Below, one piece after another: positions 24,025 through 32,700 of a DNA stretch of 34,180 nucleotides. The position numbers and the translations under genes were made by a program. The stretch is from an uncultured Gammaproteobacteria bacterium (GTDB taxonomy: Bacteria; Patescibacteriota; Patescibacteriia; Magasanikbacterales; GWA2-37-8). The stretch's first letter is position 1. Every line of letters starts with the position of its first letter. The stretch spans positions 1 to 34,180 of the forward strand of contig CAYTMT010000002.1 in assembly GCA_964439095.1 (NCBI GenBank). The letters are read 5' to 3'. A model generated the notes under the pieces. It was not told the origin of the DNA. It made no database searches and saw nothing but the letters and a program-made list of their open reading frames with translations.

Positions 24025-26724
24025 ATGTCTTTTTTTTCAAAACGAGTGGGTGTGGTGGTGGGGGTGTTAAGCGCGGTACTTATTTTTCCGATATCGGTTT
24101 TTGCGGCCGCCTCTTTTGAATTGAGTCCAAGTGGTGGGTCGTTGGTGGCGGGGTGTTCTCAAACCATCAAGGTTATTATGAAAACGGATAGTGTGGTAAA
24201 TGGAGCGCAAGTGTATCTGAATTATAGCGGTTTAGGAAATGCAGATTTATCGATAGAAAAAGGTACTGCTTTTTCTTCGTACGGCGTTTCACCTGAAGTG
24301 TTGCCGAGTAATATGAAAATGCGCTATGGCTATGGTGCGGATGTGATCGGCCAAAATCTCGAATTTGCGAATATTGTTTTTTCTCCGCAGCAGGTTGGTT
24401 CGAATGTGTTGTTAACCATTAATACAACAAACATTAATAATGGGACAAAAATAAGCAAAATTGCCCGCGCTTTGGATGGTCAGAATATTTTAACAAACAC
24501 GATTGATGGGTCCTACACAGTGGTGAGTGGGTATTGCGATTATAATGATCCTGTTTTTGTTTCTTCTACTCCAGCAAAAAACGCTGTCAATTTTCCGGTA
24601 GATAAGGATATTATTTTGGATGTAACTGATACTGGTGGTTCGGGTATCGACGCTAATTCATTTTTGGTAGAGGTAACTCAAGGGGGTAGCACAGTTCCTG
24701 TGCAAGTTTCCTACACCAAGATAGGGTTAAATGATAATCATTATTTGTTTACCGTCCATCCTGTTTCTAATTTAATCCCCCAAGTAAAAGTGACAGTAAA
24801 TGCGAGTGTGAGGGATAGGGCAAATAATTCCGGAAATGAAAATATTACTTTTAACGACCTTACCTGCCAACAACTTGGTTGTGTTGATTCAGGGACCATT
24901 ACTCCTACTTCAACAAGTTCATCAACTTCTTCTGGTGGTGGTACGGGGATTACCCCACAATGTAGTGATCATGAAGATAATGATGGCGACGGACTGATTG
25001 ACTACCCGGCAGATCCAGGCTGCAAGAGTCCGGAGTGGAACAATGAATATGTGGCTGGTGAAGCGCAGAATCCTAACCCTACCACTGGTGGTGGCACCCA
25101 AACCTCTGCTTTGTTGACCGTGGACAATGTGCATTTTTATTTAGCACAAGGATCTATTGAAGCTCATTTAGGGTCTGGTTCAACATTGGAACACCTGCCG
25201 CAGTCATCTTTAAAAATTGCAGTTGATACGAATATTGGTGAAGGGGTAACTGCCGCGAAAGTTATTTTGGGTGAAATGCGACGGGATATGTTTTTTGATA
25301 ATGCCCTTAAAAAATACGCAGTAGAATTATTTACCCCAGAGGGCTCTAGTGTGATTGATGGCACAGTAACCGTAGTTCATGGGAGTATAACTGAGTCAGT
25401 GCCGTTTCATGTTGTGCTATTACCGTTAGGAAAAATTTTTACTAAGACAGTTGTGGGGGGTGAAAAAAATTTAGCTGGAGCGCATGTTTTTCTAGACCAG
25501 CTCACGGGGGCAAATAATTTTGTACCAGTCAAAGAAGCGTTTACCAACGAAAACGGTGAGTATTCTTTTGTGGTCCCAAACGGAGGGTATCGTTTGCGCG
25601 TTCAGACAAGTGGTATCTCAACCGAAGAAACAGCGGGTTTTCGAATTACGAACAATATTGTGAATCGTCCTGTGGGTATTCTTATTCCTCCCAATCCAGA
25701 CGCCTCACTTTCAGAACAAATTCAATATGTAGCTGAGGTTGTGGCACGTCAGAGCGGAAAGACTTTGGGGCGTATCAATGATCCGCAGGTAGAAAAAATA
25801 GTAGGAAACCAGATAGCTCCTTTAGCCGCGGCTACAACCGCTTTGGCAGTTGTTCCTGCGTTGTCGCTTTTGAATCTTCTTTCATATTTGCGCTATCTGT
25901 TCTTACAACCACTCCTTCTCCTGCGTCGTCGGCAACGAAAAGAATGGGGTGTGGTCTATAATACGCTGAACAAGTTACCGGTTGATCTGGCTGTGGTGCG
26001 TTTGATTGAGGTAAGTGGCGGCAAGGTGGTGCAGTCGCGTGTTACCGATCGCGAAGGCCGATTCGCTTTCTTTGTTTCCGTTCCTGGTTTGTATCGAGTT
26101 GAAGTTAATAAAGATCGTTTTATTTTCCCGAGTAAAATTCTTCAGGGAATTTCTGAGGATACCTCATTTTTGGACCTGTATCATGGTGAGCCAATTCATG
26201 TTGATGTAAAAGATACGGTAGTAGCGGTAAATATTCCGCTTGATCCGATGGGTGGGATAGAAAAAACACCAAGCCGTATTATTTGGGATCGTAGTTTTCG
26301 TCAATTTCAAGTAGCTTTATCGCAATTTAGTATTGCTGCCGGAATAATTTCACTTCTTATTACCCCTACTTGGTTTGTAGGAGGGTTGCTCGTATTGCAA
26401 GTTGTTCTGTATGCGCTATTTCGACGGTTAAGTCAACCGAATAAACCAAAAAGCTGGGGCATTGTAAGTGATTTACGTCAAAAAACACCGGTAGAACGAG
26501 TCATTGCTCGGTTGTTCTCGAAGCAATTTGATAAACTTGTGGCCACTGAGGTTACTGACGGCAAAGGACGGTATTCGTTTTTGGCTGGTCCCAGTGATTA
26601 TTATGTTACTTTTGAAAAAAATGGTTATAAAAAAGAAATAGTAGAGGGTGTTCGGGTGAAAGAACACGGTGAAACGGTAAAAAAAGACGTGTCAATACAA
26701 AAAATTGAGGAAGATAAAAAATAG
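24025..26724 (+). CDS. Large envelope protein: cohesin-like N-domain, Ig-like domains, DNDGDG..DPGC motif, CarboxypepD_reg-like domains interleaved with TM segments
   Basis: 899 aa. Signal peptide, then a cohesin-like segment (FELSPSGGSLVAGCSQTIKVIMKTDSVVNGAQVYLNYSG) and SbsA/Big-like repeats. These are followed by an S/T linker, CSDHEDNDGDGLIDYPADPGC, three NGEYSF/EGRFAF/KGRYSF beta-sandwich modules, and hydrophobic segments near 25813-25920 and 26330-26420. Confidence 0.85.
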   Translation: MSFFSKRVGVVVGVLSAVLIFPISVFAAASFELSPSGGSLVAGCSQTIKVIMKTDSVVNGAQVYLNYSGLGNADLSIEKGTAFSSYGVSPEVLPSNMKMRYGYGADVIGQNLEFANIVFSPQQVGSNVLLTINTTNINNGTKISKIARALDGQNILTNTIDGSYTVVSGYCDYNDPVFVSSTPAKNAVNFPVDKDIILDVTDTGGSGIDANSFLVEVTQGGSTVPVQVSYTKIGLNDNHYLFTVHPVSNLIPQVKVTVNASVRDRANNSGNENITFNDLTCQQLGCVDSGTITPTSTSSSTSSGGGTGITPQCSDHEDNDGDGLIDYPADPGCKSPEWNNEYVAGEAQNPNPTTGGGTQTSALLTVDNVHFYLAQGSIEAHLGSGSTLEHLPQSSLKIAVDTNIGEGVTAAKVILGEMRRDMFFDNALKKYAVELFTPEGSSVIDGTVTVVHGSITESVPFHVVLLPLGKIFTKTVVGGEKNLAGAHVFLDQLTGANNFVPVKEAFTNENGEYSFVVPNGGYRLRVQTSGISTEETAGFRITNNIVNRPVGILIPPNPDASLSEQIQYVAEVVARQSGKTLGRINDPQVEKIVGNQIAPLAAATTALAVVPALSLLNLLSYLRYLFLQPLLLLRRRQRKEWGVVYNTLNKLPVDLAVVRLIEVSGGKVVQSRVTDREGRFAFFVSVPGLYRVEVNKDRFIFPSKILQGISEDTSFLDLYHGEPIHVDVKDTVVAVNIPLDPMGGIEKTPSRIIWDRSFRQFQVALSQFSIAAGIISLLITPTWFVGGLLVLQVVLYALFRRLSQPNKPKSWGIVSDLRQKTPVERVIARLFSKQFDKLVATEVTDGKGRYSFLAGPSDYYVTFEKNGYKKEIVEGVRVKEHGETVKKDVSIQKIEEDKK

Positions 26725-26758
26725 TCCACAAAAAACAAGATAAACTTCGCCCTATATG

Positions 26759-26767
26759 TGGTATAAT
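26759..26767 (+). promoter_or_regulatory. Extended -10 element (TGgTATAAT) 7 nt upstream of the giant-ORF ATG
   Basis: TG 26759-26760, TATAAT 26762-26767, ATG 26775-26777. No SD fits in the 7-nt gap. Confidence 0.5.
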
Positions 26768-26774
26768 AAGGTAT

Positions 26775-29700
26775 ATGGAAAAAATTGATCGGCTGTTGAA
26801 AAAGAATCGAAAGAGAACTCGGGCCATTTTAATGTTGGGGCCATTATTTTTCTTTGTGTTTTTGTTTTTTGGGCTCGTAGCCCGTTCTTCTTTTGCTGTA
26901 GCCGCAGCGGTTCCAGACGTTATAACGTATCAAGGTAAATTGTTGCTGAATAATGCTTCGGTAACGACTACTGTCCCAATACAGTTTGTTCTCTATGACA
27001 CTCCCAGCGCTGGAACGATTTTGTATACGGCCAGCGGAACTATAGGGGCTCCAGCAGCAACAGCAGTAACTCCAAATAAAGGCTTATTTAGTGTTGAGTT
27101 AGGTGGAAGTGGAACAAATCCATTAGACGCGGGCGTAGTATTTAAAAATAATAGCTCTGTTTATCTGGAAGTAACGGTAAACGGTGAAACCCTTTCTCCT
27201 CGCAAACGTTTAACGGCTAGTCCGTATGCTTTTAACGCAAAATATTTAGACGGTATTGCCGCCACAAGCACCCCCACTAGCTCAGCATATATTCCAGTAG
27301 CGGATTCTTCTGGTAATTTTAGTTTTAATCGGGTAACTTCAACCGGTTTTGTAGTGTCTGGCACTTCAACCTTGGCTACAACTACTATTTCTAGTTCGAC
27401 TATCGGGGTAGCGAATGTGGGGAATCTCTTTTTGACAAATGCCACCGGCACGAACTTATTTGTTTCCAGTCTTTCTGCGAGTAGTAGTGTTTTTTCCAGT
27501 GTTACGTCGAGCAATTTTTCCGTTACTGGTAATTTAGACATAACCACAGCGGTAATTCTTGGTCTCTCTACCGCGGATCTTTCGGATAGTAGCAGTCTGG
27601 CATATTTGGTTGGTGCAAATACCTTTACTGGTCCAAATACTTTCTCTGGAAATACTACTTTGGCCACTACTACCATTAGTTCTTCTACTATTTTTACTGC
27701 CAATATTAACTCGCTTAATGTTTTGTCTTCCTTGTCGTTGCCTGTTGCCTCAATTCTCGAGGCCTATCTTGCTCCTAATTCTGTTTCTTCCACCACGCTA
27801 AAATCAACAGGAGTAGTGGCTGGCACCTATGGTTCAGCCACACAAACAGCTCAATTTGTGGTGGATGAAGATGGTCGCATCCTTTCAGCCACCAATGTAA
27901 CTATCATTTCTTCATCTACAAGCCCTTCATCATCTTTTGATGGTACCATCGCTGCGGGTGATTTGTCGGGCACCTATCCAAATCCAACCGTGAGTAAAAT
28001 AAATGGCAATACATTGGGTAACACGGCCATTACTGGTGGTAACATTTTAGTGGCCAGCAGCACAGCAGGTTGGACATCGGTAGCGCTGGGGGGTGATGCG
28101 ACGATTGATTCTTCTGGTTTACTTTCCATTACCAACAATACGGTTACGGTGGCCAAGTTAGTAGCAGGTGATTTTTCTAGTAAAATAAATACTGGTACTT
28201 ATTCTATTAATGTTACCGGAACCGCTTCGAATGTAACTGGTGTGGTAGCATTGGCTAATGGTGGAACCAATGCAAACGCTAGTTTCTTCACTACCCCGGG
28301 CGAGTTTATTATCTATGATGGAAGTCGGTTAGTGGGGGCTGGTTTTTCTTCATCTTCGTTTGCTTTGACTAGTCACACACACTCCGCGGCAGATATTACG
28401 GCCGGTATTTTTTCGGGGGTAAGTTATACGTTCGCTAATGATTTGGCAGTATCTGGTTTTTCAACATTCCGTACCACCACCATCAGCTCTTCTTCTATTA
28501 CCACCGCCAATATTAACTCGCTTAATGTTTTTTCTGCCCTCACTCTTCCAGCTGCCTCAATCCTCGAAGCCTATCTCGCTCCTAATTCTGTTTCTTCCAC
28601 CGCGCTTAAATCAACGGGCGTAGCCAGTGGAATCTATGGTTCGGCCACGGAAATTGCTCAGTTTGTGGTTGATGAAGATGGGCGTATTCTTTCGGCCTCT
28701 AATGTTTCTATCGCCGCTTCTGTTACTACCACAGTGACTACTACTCTTGATGGCACCGCCGGCGGTGATTTGTCGGGCACCTATCCGGACCCAACCGTGA
28801 GTAAAATTAATGGTAACACGCTCGGCAATACGGCTACCACCAGTGGACATATTTTGGTAGCGAGTAGTACGGCAGGTTGGACATCGGTAGCGCTCGGTGG
28901 TGACGCAACGATTGACTATAATGGTTTGTTGTCAATTACAAATAATACTATCACCGCGGCCAAGCTAGCAGCTGGTGATTTTTCGAGTAAAATTAATGCG
29001 GGCACATACACAATTAGTGTCACCGGTACAGCCGATAACGTTACCGGCGTGGTAGCTATTGCCAACGGTGGTACAAATGCAAATGCCAGTCATTTTACTA
29101 CTCCGGGTGAGTTTGTAATTTATGATGGCAGCCGGTTGGTTGGATCAGGATTCACATCGTCTTCCTTTTCTTCGGGTGGTAGCCATACCCATCCTGCTTC
29201 GGATATTACCGCCGGTACTTTTGGCGGGTCGAGTTATGTATTTGCTAATGATTTGGCGGTGTTGGGTTCGGCGACTTTTGCTACTGCTACGGTACAGAAT
29301 GCGTTGCAAACCGACTCTGGGTTATTTTTATCGCAAGTTGGTTTGGCTGTTCCTAATTTGTTAACTAACCCTTCTTTTGAAAGTGGTATCACCAACTGGG
29401 GTGATCGACTTGGGTTTTTGGGTGGCAGTACATATTCAGTAACCAGCACTGCTTATAGCGGGTCTTCTGCCTTGCAGTTAGAGGCCAGGCTAGATTTGAG
29501 TGGGTTTTTTGGTGGCCCACCGCTTAAAATCGGCTACTTTTATCACGATACTTCTAATGTAACGCAAAGCGCTAGTAGTACTATTAGTTTTTATGCCCGC
29601 GGTGCAGTTGGTGGCGAACACGCGCGTATTTTGATTGAGCGTGATCCGGGTACTGGGCAAGCTGGTTGTGGTGGTAGTTTAGCTTCGGTTTATAATTTTA

Positions 29701-32700
29701 CCACTGGTGGTTGGGATTGCGTGGATTTACAAACAAGTGTGGCGGCTTTTGCGGTTGCTTCGCCGAATACTCAATCTTTTAGTTTAACTACAAGTTATCA
29801 ACGTTTTAATGCTACCTTTAATCCGGGTGCCTATGGTACGGTGCAAATCTCTATATTAGCCGGTGGTGCCTCGGCCTATAATGATGAAGTAGTTTTGTAT
29901 GATGCATTTAAATTGGAAGCAGGTAGCACTCCGTCATCATTTGATGGTGGTTCATCACCCATGTTCGCTTTAAAAAATAATAACGCAGCGGCGGACTATA
30001 ATTCACAAACATCACTACTATCTGTTCAGGATTCGGCGGCTACTAATTTTTTCCAGATTATGGGTGATGGCCGGGCCAATGTTGGTAGTGCCAGCGTTAC
30101 TGGTTCCATTGCTGTTTTTGGTCGTGGTTCAGAGCAAACAGTGCTGAATGGCTATGGGCAATTATTATCCCGTGGCGCATTTGGCTCTGATGATACGCTG
30201 ACTAGTGCTACTGGATCGCAGTTTATCTGGTATCCAAAGCGGGGTGCATTTAGAGCTGGGTATACTGATACGCTCACCTGGGGAGATAATACAATTGGTA
30301 ATTATTCATTCGCCGCAGGTAACGAAGTTTCCGCGCCCGGTGTTGGTGCGATTGCGTTTGGTAAAAACGTAACAGTAACCGGAGCAAATTCGGTGGCTTT
30401 TAGTGCTAGTTCCACACTTTCCACAGTCGCCAATGATAATATTTTTTCATTGCTTGGGTATAAGGTGGGTATTGGCACGGTTAATCCGGCCACCGCTTTA
30501 GTGGTAGTGGGTACTACCACTCTCGAGAATTTATCAGTAACCGGTTCTACTACGCTTGATAATATTAGCCCAACAGGAATAAATCCGGTGCTAACAGTAA
30601 CTGGTGGTTTAAAGTTGGGGTATGTAGGTTCTGCTGCTCTTGGTACGTTGCGGTGGAGCGGATCGCGATTGGAGTGGTACGATGGTTCTTCGTGGGTAGC
30701 AACATCTTTGCCGGCAGCGACGGATAATGGCACTACACTCCGATATGATGGTGCCGAATGGGTGACGAGTACTTTTTTACGGAATCTTTATAGTAGTTCT
30801 CAAATTAATATTAATAACGCAACCGGCAGTGCGGTATTAGCAGTGCGTGGAAGTGATCTTGAGTTACCTATTGCGGAGTTTTACAATGGACGTAGTGGTT
30901 TTGAAGATGTTCCTGCTATCCTTTCTATTCAACAAGGTGGTGGTGGAAGTGGTTGGGTAGGGATAGGAACAAGTACACTAGATTCAGTATGGGAACCAAA
31001 GTTGTTGGTAAAAAGTGACAGTGGTGCTCTAATGAAGCTCGATGGTGGAGTTGATGGTCTCAGTAACGAAATTTCTCGTACTCTTCTTTTTACTGGTCTT
31101 GGTCGTCTATCATTAGGAACCACTACTGCGGCAACAGTGAATGCCGCGAAGGTGACAATCGTTGGTGAAGGATCCACTGGAGCCACAAATCCATTGCAAG
31201 TGTTGCGTAATGATGGTACATCAAATTTTGTTATCCGTGATGATGGAATGGTTTTTGTTAAAAAAGGAAGTTTGATTGTAAATTCTGATTCCACTGCTTT
31301 GTCTCGTCCGGCGTTGTATGTGACCAGAAAATCAGGCGATATTAGTCAGGTCATTGCGCAGTTTACTGATAACGCCAGTTCAACTTTGGCCAACACCATT
31401 CTTAGTATCAATGCTGGCGGTATCCAAATTAACACTACAACTCTTGATTATTATAGTGTCGCAGGGATTCAAGGTGTTGGCGGAATTTCTATGGTAGATA
31501 GTGGCAGCTCGCCAGGTGTTGCCACCGGACCGCGTTTTTTGTGGAGTGGCAGTAAATTTCGAGTGGGCACATTTAATAGTGAGTTTGGTTTGGGGGCTGA
31601 CACTATCGCCCTTGGCACTGATGCTTATGCCGACCAAATTGAGGCCACTGCTCTCGGCTTGCATGCGTTGGCTACTGGGCGGAGGTCTTTAGTGTTGGGA
31701 AACGGAACTGCCTCTGGTGATTTTTCAACAGCAATTGGTAATGCGGAGTTCGTGTCAGTTGGTCATGATAAAGCGAATAGTTTTAATGTTCCCGAGGCCA
31801 GTGGTTATGGTGCGATTGCCATCGGGAGTGGAAGCATAAGTCAAAACTTTGGTGCCAAGACTCTGGCTGCAGGGACATCGTCACTTGCCATTTTTGGTAT
31901 AGCTTCTGGTACACAGTCGGTGGCGTTGTGGGGTGATGCTTCCGGCGACAATTCAATGGCTTTTGGGCGTTATACTTCTATCACTGCTTCTGGTGCTGTG
32001 GTATTAGGGCGGGGTGTTGATAGTAATAACCCGTTATTAAACACTACCAACAATTCTTTGGCTGTTGGTTTTAATTCTGATGTTCCCACCTTTTTTGTAG
32101 GTGGTGGTTCGGGAGTTGGCACATATGGCCAAGTAGGTATTGGCACCACCAACACTGCGTACACACTCGATGTGCGCGGTACTTTTGGCGCCACCGGTAC
32201 TTCCACTTTAGCCACCACCACCATTACCGCAGTCGCGAGCAGTTTAATACCTACCGAAGATAATGTATTTAGCTTGGGTACGTCGCTCATTCGCTGGAAA
32301 GATTTGTATGTAAGCTCCAGTAGTTTGCATATTGGCGCAGATGGTGCCGAGGGCAGCATTCATTATAATACTGATGACCATTATTTATCATTCAACGCGG
32401 GTAGTGGTATTGCCAGTCAACTGGTGATTGTAAGTAGCACTGGTTTTGTGGGTATTGGTACGACTACGCCTAATGCTGTGCTTACCGTGGGTGGTGGTGC
32501 GTATTTGGATGGCGGCTTGGAAGTAACTGGAAGTGCCACATCAACTGGTGATCAATATGTAGGTGGAAATTTATCAGTGATAGGATTAAGTCATTTTGCA
32601 AACCTTACTTGGGATAGTGCAACGGGCACGAGTGTGTTTCTTTCAAATGCAACGGCCATTGATGCTATGGTGGGAAATTTAACAGTGACGAGCACTCTCG

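Noticed and set aside
24030-24037. T8 homopolymer just after the start codon of the 24025 gene as a slipped-strand phase-variation switch.
   Set aside because: Runs of 7-9 A or T are frequent throughout this AT-rich sequence, including housekeeping genes and intergenic regions, so this tract is not distinctive. It cannot be evaluated without population data.
27663-29279. The tandem units as a diversity-generating retroelement template/variable repeat pair.
   Set aside because: The units are ~810 bp, whereas DGR repeats are ~100-150 bp. Differences affect all four bases, including many synonymous sites, rather than adenine positions only. No reverse transcriptase gene is in the window.
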